Shown here in pieces: positions 44,995 through 54,354 of a stretch of 64,000 nucleotides of DNA. The DNA is from Alphaproteobacteria bacterium (lineage in GTDB: Bacteria > Pseudomonadota > Alphaproteobacteria > MPNO01), in the NCBI GenBank assembly GCA_964291675.2, contig OZ219866.1, positions 480,001 through 544,000 on the forward strand, read 5' to 3'. A model generated the notes under the pieces. It ran no database searches and was not told the origin of the DNA. It saw only the letters and a list, made by a program, of their open reading frames with translations. The translations under genes were made by a program, and so were the position numbers. Position 1 is the stretch's first letter. Each line of letters starts with the position of its first letter.

Positions 44995-45308
44995 GGTTCC
45001 GTCCCTTCTCCGTGGCTATCGGATTCACAGAAGCAGATTTTGGGGAGACGGTCAATTCGACGGCGCGGTGGTGATGCTACGGCGAATTCTTGCCGGCTTC
45101 GGGCGGACGGCGTCGAATCCGAAGCGCCCGGCGCCGTATCGGCCAATCGATCGGGTTGACGAGTGCGGCGACGCGTAAGGCGCTTTTCGATCGTTTTGTG
45201 AACAACACCCCGCTTTTACGGTTGCGCCGTCATTGCGGCGCCTATATTCCTCTCCGAGTTGTGACCCAAAGTCACTGTTATCTTCATGCAGTAATGGGAA
45301 AATGGACC

Positions 45309-45821
45309 ATGCCGAATGTCACCAAGAGCAGCGCGACAAGGCTCTCCGCGCTCGTCGCCGAGATCGAGTCGGCAGCCTATGAGCGCGGCAAGGAAGACGC
45401 CAAGAAGGAAATATTGGATCTCCTCGGTTCGCAAGGCGCGCAGCTCACCCGGACGCGTGCAACGCGCGGACGGCCGGCCAAGAAAGCGGAGCCCAAGACG
45501 CGTCGCGCCAGCGGCCGCAAGCGCGCGCCGAAGGGTTCGGTCCCGCGCTTTGTCGAGCAGGCCCTGAGCGATCGGCCCGGGCTGACGCCGCCGGAAATAC
45601 TGGCCCGCGCCGCCACCGACATGGAGCGGCTGATCAAGCTGCCGTCGATTCGGACCGAACTGCGAAACGGCGGGAAACAAGGCAAGTACGAGTCGAATGA
45701 CGGGCGGTGGTTCCTTGCGGGATCGGGTTCGGCAAGCGGCGAAGCGGGCTCGTCGGCGGCATCCCCGGGCTCGGAGTCGGGCGGGGGAGAAGGTGGCGGA
45801 ACCGCGAGCTCGGGCTGGTGA
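45309..45821 (+). CDS. Hypothetical basic protein with AT-hook-like RGRP and predicted winged helix
   Basis: 170-aa ORF filling the gap between sor and the response regulator; amphipathic N-terminal helix, K/R-rich linker with RGRP, helical domain ending GKY...GRWFL. Confidence 0.7.
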   Translation: MPNVTKSSATRLSALVAEIESAAYERGKEDAKKEILDLLGSQGAQLTRTRATRGRPAKKAEPKTRRASGRKRAPKGSVPRFVEQALSDRPGLTPPEILARAATDMERLIKLPSIRTELRNGGKQGKYESNDGRWFLAGSGSASGEAGSSAASPGSESGGGEGGGTASSGW

Positions 45822-45910
45822 TCGGCGGGCGTTAACCCGCCTGCGGGCGGCGTGTTGCAGGCGGGCGATGCCAAGGCATCCGGCGTCGGGACCGCACCCG
45901 TGAGACGGCG

Positions 45911-46639
<729 letters not shown>

Positions 46640-46659
46640 GCAGCGAATCCCGTGCTCGC

Positions 46660-46675
46660 TTTACATATCTTTACA
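46660..46675 (+). promoter_or_regulatory. K-box-like OmpR-family direct repeat TTTACA-N4-TTTACA
   Basis: Sequence tttacatatctttaca; near-consensus -10 TACAAT at 46705-10, overlapping a third TTTACA at 46703-08. Confidence 0.7.
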
Positions 46676-46776
46676 AATTGGAGCCTTGCAGCACAAACCA
46701 AGTTTACAATTCGCCACTAGATTCCAGATGCCGCACACAGGCATGAACGGACATTGCGACACCGGGAGGATGCTGT

Positions 46777-47535
46777 ATGCCGCGTCTCATGGCGCTGCGA
46801 GGCGAGCCCGCGGATGTGCCGCCGCTACCCCGACGGCACGTTTTCGATCGACCCCCCGCGGAGGGGACCCTGACCGGGCGGACACGAGTGGTGGCACAGG
46901 AATACCGATTTTTCGCCTCGGGCGCCGAGCTCTTCGCACAGGATCGGATCAACGAGGATGTTTTCACCCTGGTGGAAGGATGGGTGTCTCTTCACCACAT
47001 CCTCGAGGACGGACGCCGTCAAATCCTCGAATTCCTGTTGCCGGGCGACATATGCGGGTTTGCGTCACCGGCCGGCGGACCCGCACAGCATGCCGCCGAG
47101 GCGTTGACCGACGTGACAGCCACGGTCATTCCGCGGTCGCAGTTCGTCTCGATGCTCGCGACGAATGCCGATTATGCGGCTTCCGTCATCGACAGATTGT
47201 CCGGCGCGATACTCGCGGCCCATGACTCGCTGGTCGATATCGGCCGTCGCAGCGCGCTGGAAGCCGTCGCCCATCTCCTGTACCGGCTCGACCGGCGGGT
47301 TCGGGAGGCCGACATTGCGGCGCCGGGAAGGACCGTCGACTTCCCGCCGACGCAGGAGCAGCTGGGCGACGCGCTCGGCCTCTCGGCGGCGCATGTATGC
47401 CGCACGCTGCGTGTCCTGAGAGAACGCGGGATACTGTCTCTCGACCGGCACGGGCTTTGCATCCACGATCCGGACGCGCTCTGCCGAATGCTGGGTCAGG
47501 ATGCGCGCGGGACGGGCACCGGCCATGCGGAGTGA
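46777..47535 (+). CDS. Crp/Fnr family transcriptional regulator
   Basis: DGRRQILEFLLPGD, GRRSALE, HTH TQEQLGDALGLSAAHVCRTL; GGGAG RBS. Confidence 0.9.
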   Translation: MPRLMALRGEPADVPPLPRRHVFDRPPAEGTLTGRTRVVAQEYRFFASGAELFAQDRINEDVFTLVEGWVSLHHILEDGRRQILEFLLPGDICGFASPAGGPAQHAAEALTDVTATVIPRSQFVSMLATNADYAASVIDRLSGAILAAHDSLVDIGRRSALEAVAHLLYRLDRRVREADIAAPGRTVDFPPTQEQLGDALGLSAAHVCRTLRVLRERGILSLDRHGLCIHDPDALCRMLGQDARGTGTGHAE

Positions 47536-47587
47536 CGCGGCGCGATCCGAACGGCGTTTCCGGGAACGACCCAACGGGAGATGAACG

Positions 47588-48418
47588 ATGTCGCTCAAGA
47601 GTATCCTCGTCCACGCCGCGCCCAACGACCGGTTGGACGCGGTGCTCGACATAGGCTTCACGCTTGCCAGGACGCACGGCGCGCATCCGATCGGGCTGCA
47701 CATCGGTTCCGACCCGACGGCCTCGCTAAAATCCCTGCCAGGGCCGGTTCCGGGCGAGCTGATGGCTGCGCTGGAGGACCGATTCGACGACCAACAGGAT
47801 CGTTCGAAGGCGGGGTTCGACGAGGCCGCTGCGCGTCACGGGATAAGCGGCGAATGGCGCGTGGAGACCGGCGAGCCGGCGAGCCGGATCGGCATCCACG
47901 CGCGCTATGCCGACCTGGCGGTGATGGGCCAGGGGGACGACGAGGATCCGTCGAACGATCCGGAGCTTCCCACCACGGTGGCCTCGATGACCGGCCGGCC
48001 GGTGTTGATCGTCCCCCGGGCGGGGCGCTTCGCCGATGTCGGCAAGCGCGTGCTGGTGTGCTGGAACGCGAGCCGCGAAGCCACGCGCGCGGTCACCGAT
48101 GCGTTGCCGATCCTGCGGCTGGCGGACCAGGTCACCGTGCTCGCCGTCAATCCCGACGAGGGGGAGGGCCACGGCGAGGTCCCGGGCGCCGACATGTCGC
48201 ATTATCTCGCACGGCACGGCGTCCGCGCCGAGGCGAACCGCACCTACGCGGAGAGTATCGATGTCGCCGACGCGATCCTCTCCCGGGCCGCGGATCTGAG
48301 CTGCGACCTGATCGTCATGGGCGCCTACGGCCACTCGCGCACGCGCGAGTGGATCTTCGGCGGCGTGACGCGGTCGATCATGCGCACGATGACCCGGCCG
48401 GTTCTGATCTCCCACTGA
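47588..48418 (+). CDS. Universal stress protein (tandem Usp)
   Basis: SILVH, ARYADL, GRPVLIVP, WNASREATRA, LIVMGAYGHSR...GGVTR, PVLISH. Confidence 0.92.
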   Translation: MSLKSILVHAAPNDRLDAVLDIGFTLARTHGAHPIGLHIGSDPTASLKSLPGPVPGELMAALEDRFDDQQDRSKAGFDEAAARHGISGEWRVETGEPASRIGIHARYADLAVMGQGDDEDPSNDPELPTTVASMTGRPVLIVPRAGRFADVGKRVLVCWNASREATRAVTDALPILRLADQVTVLAVNPDEGEGHGEVPGADMSHYLARHGVRAEANRTYAESIDVADAILSRAADLSCDLIVMGAYGHSRTREWIFGGVTRSIMRTMTRPVLISH

Positions 48419-48504
48419 GGCCGGGCAGGCCTGCCGGTCGTCGTTGTTGCGGGGATTCGGCTTCCCGCAGCACACTGTCGCACGATCATGCGGGGAAGCC
48501 TGCG

Positions 48505-50412
48505 TTGACAGCGAGAGAGAGATCGCTCGAAGCCGAGCTCCGCGCCCTGCGCGACACGATCGTCGACGGTCTGATCGTGATCGACGTCGACAAGCGCATC
48601 CGATCGGTCAACCGGGCGGCGGAGCGGATCTTCGGGTATCGCGCCGAGGAGGTGGTGGGCCGCAATGTCGGCATCCTGATGCCGGGCGAGGAACGCGCCG
48701 CGCATGACGGCCATGTCGATCGCTACCTGAAGACCGGCGAGGCCCGCATCATCGGAAGCGGGCGGGAGGTCACGGGCGCGCGCAAGGACGGCTCCCCGTT
48801 TCCGATGTCGATCTATGTCGGCGAGATGAGGTTTTCCGGCGAGCGCAGATTTCTCGGCGTGGTGCGCGACCTTTCGGAATCGTACCGGAGGGACCGAACC
48901 CTGCGCAGCCACGAGGAGATGCTGCGCGGTATCGCGGCCAACCTGCCCGGGTCGATCTTTCGCGGCGGCTTCTCCCCCGAGGGCCGGATCTCCTTCCCCT
49001 TCGCGAGCGACGGGCTCAAGCGCGTGTTCGCGCTCGATCCCGCGGCCCTGCAAGCCGAGCCCGACTTGCTGTTGCGGGCGATCCACCAGGGCGACCGCGC
49101 CGCCTGGCTGGCGGCGCTGGAAGCTTCGGCGCGCGATCTCGCGCCGCTCGATCACCAGATGCGCGTGCGCGGCGACGACGGGGTGGAGCGCTGGATGCAT
49201 GCCATCGCGCGCCCGGTGCGCCGCGCCGACGGCGGCGTGTCGTGGAGCGGACTCGCGCTCGACGTGACCGATCGGCAGACCGCCCAGGCGGAGCTGCACC
49301 AGGCGCAGAAGATGGAAGCGGTCGGCCAGCTGACGGGCGGCATGGCGCACGATTTCAACAATCTCCTCGCCGTATTGTCGATGGATCTGGAAGAGCTCGA
49401 GGCGCTGACGCCGCCGCAGGACGAGCGGCGCGCGCTGATCGACGAAGCGCGGGAGACCGAGCGGCTGGCGGCCGAGCTGACCGAGCGCCTGCTGGCGTTC
49501 GCCCGCAAGCAGCCGCTCAACCCCCGCACGATCGAGCCGGCCGGCCTCCTGGTCGGGACGGCCGAGCTGCTGCACCGGACGCTCGGCGGCGCCATCCGGA
49601 TCGACTTTTCCGAGCCCGGCGAACGCTGGCGCGCGACGGTCGATCCGGTGCAGTTGGAGAACGCGGTCATCAACCTCGCGATCAATGCCCGCGACGCGAT
49701 GCCGAACGGCGGCACGCTGACGATCGTCGTCCGCAATGCGTCTCTCGACGACGTCGCCGAGGCGACACCGGGCGCGTATGTCTGCATCGAGGTAAGCGAC
49801 ACCGGCACCGGAATGCCGCCCGCGGTCGTCGAGCGCGCCTTCGAGCCGTTCTTCACGACCAAGAAGCCGGGCCAGGGAACCGGGATGGGTCTCAGCATGG
49901 TCTACGGGTTCGTCAAGCAGTCCTCGGGGCACATCGCGATCGACAGCCGCCCGGATGCGGGCACGACGGTGCGGCTCTATTTTCCGCGCACACAGGCGGC
50001 GGCGGAAGAATCGCGCCGCGGAACCGGGCTTTCCGCGGTCGCCATCGACGGGTGCCGCGTGCTCTATGTCGAGGACCACCCGCAATTGCGCGCCCGCACC
50101 GAAGCGAGGCTGGCCGGGATGGGTCTCTCGGTGGTCGCGGCGCCGGACGGGCGCGCGGCGCTCGACTTGCTGGACCGGGGAGAGCGCTTCGATCTGCTGT
50201 TCACCGACGTGGTGATGCCGGGCGGCGTCGACGGCATCCGCCTCGCCGATGCGGCACGCCGGCGTCTGCCCGATATCCGCGTCCTGTACACGACCGGGTA
50301 CGCGGACGACGAACGCCTCAGGGATGCCGCCAGGGCGCCGGGGGCGGCGCTGCTGCGCAAACCGTTCACCAAGTCCGCGCTCCGCGAGCGGCTTCAGCTC
50401 CTGCTCGAGTGA
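48505..50412 (+). CDS. Hybrid sensor kinase: FixL-type heme PAS, second PAS, HisKA, HATPase, REC
   Basis: PAS: NVGILMP..HDGHVDRYLKTGEARIIGSGREVTGARKDGSPFPM; H-box GGMAHDFNNLL; NARDAM, DTGTG, FFTTK, GTGMGL; REC VEDH, TDVVMP, KPF. TTG start inferred. Confidence 0.9.
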   Translation: MTARERSLEAELRALRDTIVDGLIVIDVDKRIRSVNRAAERIFGYRAEEVVGRNVGILMPGEERAAHDGHVDRYLKTGEARIIGSGREVTGARKDGSPFPMSIYVGEMRFSGERRFLGVVRDLSESYRRDRTLRSHEEMLRGIAANLPGSIFRGGFSPEGRISFPFASDGLKRVFALDPAALQAEPDLLLRAIHQGDRAAWLAALEASARDLAPLDHQMRVRGDDGVERWMHAIARPVRRADGGVSWSGLALDVTDRQTAQAELHQAQKMEAVGQLTGGMAHDFNNLLAVLSMDLEELEALTPPQDERRALIDEARETERLAAELTERLLAFARKQPLNPRTIEPAGLLVGTAELLHRTLGGAIRIDFSEPGERWRATVDPVQLENAVINLAINARDAMPNGGTLTIVVRNASLDDVAEATPGAYVCIEVSDTGTGMPPAVVERAFEPFFTTKKPGQGTGMGLSMVYGFVKQSSGHIAIDSRPDAGTTVRLYFPRTQAAAEESRRGTGLSAVAIDGCRVLYVEDHPQLRARTEARLAGMGLSVVAAPDGRAALDLLDRGERFDLLFTDVVMPGGVDGIRLADAARRRLPDIRVLYTTGYADDERLRDAARAPGAALLRKPFTKSALRERLQLLLE

Positions 50413-51023
50413 GGGCGGGGGCCGGATTGCCCTTCGTCCAGCATCACGTTCGCGCGTTCCAGCGCCACCTTGCCGTCATCGGCGAGGGCGAAGACCTGAA
50501 CCGCCGCCCATTCGAGCTCGACCGGCGGCTTCGCGACCATGTCCCAGCCGGTCGTCAGCGAGAGCAGCGCGCGAATGACCCCCTGGTGGCAAACCGCGCC
50601 GGCCGGCCGGCCAGCGAGCCGGACCCGGTCGAGCCAGCCTGAGACCCGTGCGCGCAGATCGCGCGGCGTCTCGCCCCCGCGCGGTCGCATGTCGAGGCCG
50701 CGCGCGAGCTCGCGGTCGAACGCATCGCCGTAGCGCGCGCGGAGATCCGGACCCCTGGCGCCGTCCCACTCCCCCCAGTCCATTTCGATCAGCGCGGGCT
50801 CGACGACCGGGTGGAGACCGAGCAGGGCGGCGGTCTCGCGCGCACGGGACAGCGGGCTCACATACCAGTCGAACGCGGCCAGCTCGGCGGGCAATGTCCA
50901 TCCCGATACCGTTGCGCGGCCGGCCGGGCTGAGCGGACGGTCGGCGCGGCCCTGTATCCGCCGCTGCTCGTTCCAGTCGGTCGGGCCGTGCCGGATCGCG
51001 GCGACCGGAATCGTCGTCGCCAT
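50394..51023 (-). CDS. Histidine phosphatase (phosphoglycerate mutase family)
   Basis: IRHGPTDWN, SPLSRARET, EMDWGEW, VCHQGVIR. Confidence 0.9.
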   Translation of the reverse strand: MATTIPVAAIRHGPTDWNEQRRIQGRADRPLSPAGRATVSGWTLPAELAAFDWYVSPLSRARETAALLGLHPVVEPALIEMDWGEWDGARGPDLRARYGDAFDRELARGLDMRPRGGETPRDLRARVSGWLDRVRLAGRPAGAVCHQGVIRALLSLTTGWDMVAKPPVELEWAAVQVFALADDGKVALERANVMLDEGQSGPRPHSSRS

Positions 51024-51808
51024 CAAAGATCGATATCGACGGACACCGGCACGTGGTCGGACGGGTGCGGCCAGCCGCGCGCCTCGCGCAGGACCTGGGC
51101 CCCTTTCAGCCTGGGCGCAAGGCGGGGCGTCACCCAGATGTGGTCGAGCCGCCGCCCGCGGTCGCTTCCCGGCCAGGTGCGGTTGCGATAGCTCCACCAG
51201 GTGTACAGCGGCTGCTCGGGCGGGATGTACCTGCGCACCGCGTCGACCCAGCCCCAGCTCTGCCGAACCCGGTCGAGCCCGTCGACCTCGACCGGGGTGT
51301 GGCTGACCACGTTCAAGAGCTGCTTGTGCGACCAGACGTCGGTCTCCAGCGGCGCGATGTTGAAGTCGCCGAGCAGGATCCGCCGCCCGGGATTGCGCGC
51401 GGCGCACCACTCGGCGAGCTCGGCGACGAAGTCGAGCTTGTGGGCGAATTTCTCGTTCTGCCGCGGATCGGGAATATCGCCGCCGGCCGGGACGTAGAGC
51501 GAATGAACCTCCTCGCCCCCGGGCAGGCGCGCGACCGCGTGGCGGCCGTCGTCGCGGCCGCACCAGCGGACGGGACGGCCGCGCCGCAACGGCACGCGCG
51601 ACAGGATCGCCGTCCCGTTATAGCCCTTGAACCCCTGTACCACCTGGTGCGGGTATCCCATCGCCGCGATCTCCCCGGCGGGGAAGGACTCGGTCTCCAC
51701 CTTGATCTCCTGGAGGCAGATCAGATCGGCGTCGAGCGTCGCGAGCACGCGCTGCAACAGTTCGAGCCGGAGCCGGACCGAGTTGATGTTCCAGGTCGCC
51801 AGCCGCAT
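51023..51808 (-). CDS. xth: Exodeoxyribonuclease III
   Basis: ATWNINS, LQEIK, GDFNIAP, YTWWSYR, RLDHIW, SDHVPV. Confidence 0.93.
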   Translation of the reverse strand: MRLATWNINSVRLRLELLQRVLATLDADLICLQEIKVETESFPAGEIAAMGYPHQVVQGFKGYNGTAILSRVPLRRGRPVRWCGRDDGRHAVARLPGGEEVHSLYVPAGGDIPDPRQNEKFAHKLDFVAELAEWCAARNPGRRILLGDFNIAPLETDVWSHKQLLNVVSHTPVEVDGLDRVRQSWGWVDAVRRYIPPEQPLYTWWSYRNRTWPGSDRGRRLDHIWVTPRLAPRLKGAQVLREARGWPHPSDHVPVSVDIDL

Positions 51809-51810
51809 CT

Positions 51811-52605
51811 TCAGGCGGCGCCCGCCCGGGGGAGGCGGGCAAGGGCGTGCGCGCGCGCGGCATCGCCGAAGGCCCTGAACAGCGCGCCGGACAGCGCATG
51901 CTCCCGATAGCGATGCTCGGCATGCCACTGCACGCCCACCGCGAAGGTATCGGTGCCGGCCAGCCGGATCCCCTCGACAAGCCCGTCCGGCGCGGTCGCC
52001 TCCACCTCCAGCCCGTCGGCCAGCCGGTCGATCCCCTGGGCATGGGCGGTGTTGACCTCGATCGCGCCGGCCCCGATCAGCCGCGAAAACAGCCCTCCGG
52101 GGGTGAGCGAAACCCTGTGCAGCTTGCCGAACCGTTCGTCGATGTCGCCGTCCCGCGGCATCCGGTGATCCAGCTTGCCCGCCACCAGATGCACCCGGTA
52201 GTGGAGCGAGCCGCCGAGAGCGACGTTCATCTCCTGCAGGCCCCGGCAGACGCCGAACACCGGCACGCCCCGGCGGACGCAGGCGCGGATCAGCGGCAGG
52301 ACCGTATTGTCGCGCGGCGGGTCGCGGTACTCGTCTTCGGGAAAAGGCGGCCCGCCATAGTGGTGCGGCTCGATATTGGTGCGGCCGCCGGTGAGGAACA
52401 GGCCGTCCAGCCGGTCCGCCATGACGTCGAAATCGAATTTTTCCGCCAGCGCCGGCACGAGAAGCGGATCGGCGCCCGAGCCCTCGCGAACCGCCTTGAT
52501 ATAGCGTTCGCCGATACCGTGGGTGGGGATCGAGTGCCCGGGGAGATGGACCAGGCCGACCGGAATTCCGACCAGGGGGCGCGCGCCGGGCTCTCGAATT
52601 TGCAT
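51811..52605 (-). CDS. Gamma-glutamyl-GABA hydrolase family (PuuD / peptidase C26)
   Basis: DGLFLTGG, RD, GVCRGLQE nucleophile Cys, VNTAHAQG, VQWHAE. Confidence 0.88.
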   Translation of the reverse strand: MQIREPGARPLVGIPVGLVHLPGHSIPTHGIGERYIKAVREGSGADPLLVPALAEKFDFDVMADRLDGLFLTGGRTNIEPHHYGGPPFPEDEYRDPPRDNTVLPLIRACVRRGVPVFGVCRGLQEMNVALGGSLHYRVHLVAGKLDHRMPRDGDIDERFGKLHRVSLTPGGLFSRLIGAGAIEVNTAHAQGIDRLADGLEVEATAPDGLVEGIRLAGTDTFAVGVQWHAEHRYREHALSGALFRAFGDAARAHALARLPRAGAA

Positions 52606-52755
52606 CTGTTCCGTCAAATCCCGCGCCCGCCGGCCCCGGATTTCGGGCGCGATGCCTCTAGCATGCGGGCGCGAGGCCCGCAAGGCGGCGCGGCGCGGTC
52701 CGTTCTCTCCGCGGGCGCCCCTGGCGCCCGACAACCGTCCGCGAAGGCAGGTGGC

Positions 52756-54201
52756 TCACTCGGCGGCGACGGAAAACTCCGGAATCGACGCACCGCCCGT
52801 CATGTCGGCGAGCTCGTCCTCGAAGAAGAACTTTTCCTCGCCGAAGGCGGGCCGCAGGTGGTTGAGCCACGTCGCTTCGGGGTTGAAGGCGGCGAAGAAC
52901 GGACGTCCCACCCATTCGGGATTCCGGCCCTGCAGGAAGCGCAGCACGAACACCTTCTCGCCGCGCACTTCCTCGACGCCGAGCACCTCGACCTTGCCCG
53001 GAGTCGCGCTCATGCTGGGTCCCCGGACCGTGCGGGCGAGGCCGGAAACGCTGCGCACCGCCCGGTTGAAGATGGTCCACACCTTGTCCAGCGGCACCTC
53101 GAAGTAGCACTTGGCGCCGGTGTCCCGCTCCACGAACATGTAGTAGGGGATGATGCCGAGGGCGACCTGTTCCCGCCACATGCGCTCCCAGACCTCGGGA
53201 GAGTCGTTGACATGGGCGAGCGCCGGCGCCTGGCTGCGGATCACCGCGCCGGTGGCGCGCAGCAGGCGGATCGCCTCGCGCGCCACGTCGGTGCCGAACT
53301 CCTGCCAGTGATTGAAATGCGCCATGATGGCCACGCTCTTGCCCGAGGCGACGACGCGCTCCAGCAGGCGCAGCATGTCGGCGGCATCGCCGTCGGTGAC
53401 GAAACGCCGCGGCCAGAATGTCAGCGCCTTGGTGCCGATCCGGATATTGCGGATATGGTCGAAGCGCGGATCGTCGATAAGCGGCTGCAGATAGCGCTCC
53501 ATCACGCGGGTCTTCATCACCATGGGGTCGCCGCCGGTGATCAGCAGGTCGCTGACATCGGCATGGCCGGCGAGGTAGTCGTGCAGCCCGCTGGCCTCGT
53601 TGGCGGCGATCTTGTAGGTCTTGTCGCCGACGAACTGGGCCCAGCGGAAGCAGAACGAGCAATAGGCGTGGCAGGTCTGCCCCTGGCTCGGGAAGAACAG
53701 CACCGTCTCGCGGTACTTGTGCTGCAGCCCCTCCACGGTTCCCTGTTCGGTCTGCGGGATGTTCAGCTCGCGCTGGCCGGCGGGATGCGGGTTCAGCCGG
53801 TCGCGGATGTCGGCGACCGCGGCGTTGACGTCCTTCGCCGGCGCATCGCGTTTCATCAAATCCGCAACCCGGTCGAAATCCGCCTCGTCCAGCATTCCCC
53901 GCTGGGGAAAGGTGATCTGATAGACCGGATCGCGGGGCACGTCGTCCCAGTCGATGAGACTGTCCATGACGTACCCGTTGGAGCGGAACGGCAGGACGCT
54001 GCTGACCACCTTCATGCCGAACCGGTCTTCGCGGGACAGCTTCTGTAGCTGGGGAATCTGGTCGAGATGCTTGGCGGTGATCGGGCTGAACCGCTCGCCC
54101 GAGAAATCGGGCGTCAGGGAGGCGGCCGGCGAAAATTCGGCCGAAGCACCGCCGGTCTGCGCGTCGTCATGCCGCGCGCTCGCTTCATGTTCGGAGGTCA
54201 A
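52756..54201 (-). CDS. KamA-family radical SAM/PLP aminomutase
   Basis: HKY, CHAYCSFC (CxxxCxxC), ITGGDP, IRIGTK, PYYMF, SGL, PGKV; GAGGAG RBS 9 nt before TTG 54201. Confidence 0.88.
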   Translation of the reverse strand: MTSEHEASARHDDAQTGGASAEFSPAASLTPDFSGERFSPITAKHLDQIPQLQKLSREDRFGMKVVSSVLPFRSNGYVMDSLIDWDDVPRDPVYQITFPQRGMLDEADFDRVADLMKRDAPAKDVNAAVADIRDRLNPHPAGQRELNIPQTEQGTVEGLQHKYRETVLFFPSQGQTCHAYCSFCFRWAQFVGDKTYKIAANEASGLHDYLAGHADVSDLLITGGDPMVMKTRVMERYLQPLIDDPRFDHIRNIRIGTKALTFWPRRFVTDGDAADMLRLLERVVASGKSVAIMAHFNHWQEFGTDVAREAIRLLRATGAVIRSQAPALAHVNDSPEVWERMWREQVALGIIPYYMFVERDTGAKCYFEVPLDKVWTIFNRAVRSVSGLARTVRGPSMSATPGKVEVLGVEEVRGEKVFVLRFLQGRNPEWVGRPFFAAFNPEATWLNHLRPAFGEEKFFFEDELADMTGGASIPEFSVAAE

Positions 54202-54280
54202 GGATAGTGTCTCCTCTAAGTCGACAGCTCCATGCCGCGCCGTCGCTTGTGCGGCGAATCTGTATCCTCTCGTGCCTTTC

Positions 54281-54309
54281 AGGTTAGTCGACGGGCGGGA
54301 AAACGTCAA
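54281..54309 (-). promoter_or_regulatory. sigma70-like promoter of the KamA gene
   Basis: TTGACG(54309-04)-N17-TAACCT(54286-81). Confidence 0.65.
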
Positions 54310-54354
54310 ATTCGCGCCGCAAATCGGCACCGGACGCGTCCTCCCGCTCCCGCT

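Noticed and set aside
47581-50412. 943-aa version of the kinase or a USP-kinase fusion
   Set aside because: The N-terminal ~300 codons are an off-frame overlap of usp, which has its own stop at 48418.
54202-54273. Lysine or guanidine-II riboswitch upstream of KamA
   Set aside because: Too short for the lysine aptamer, and only one ACGG-loop hairpin where guanidine-II needs two.
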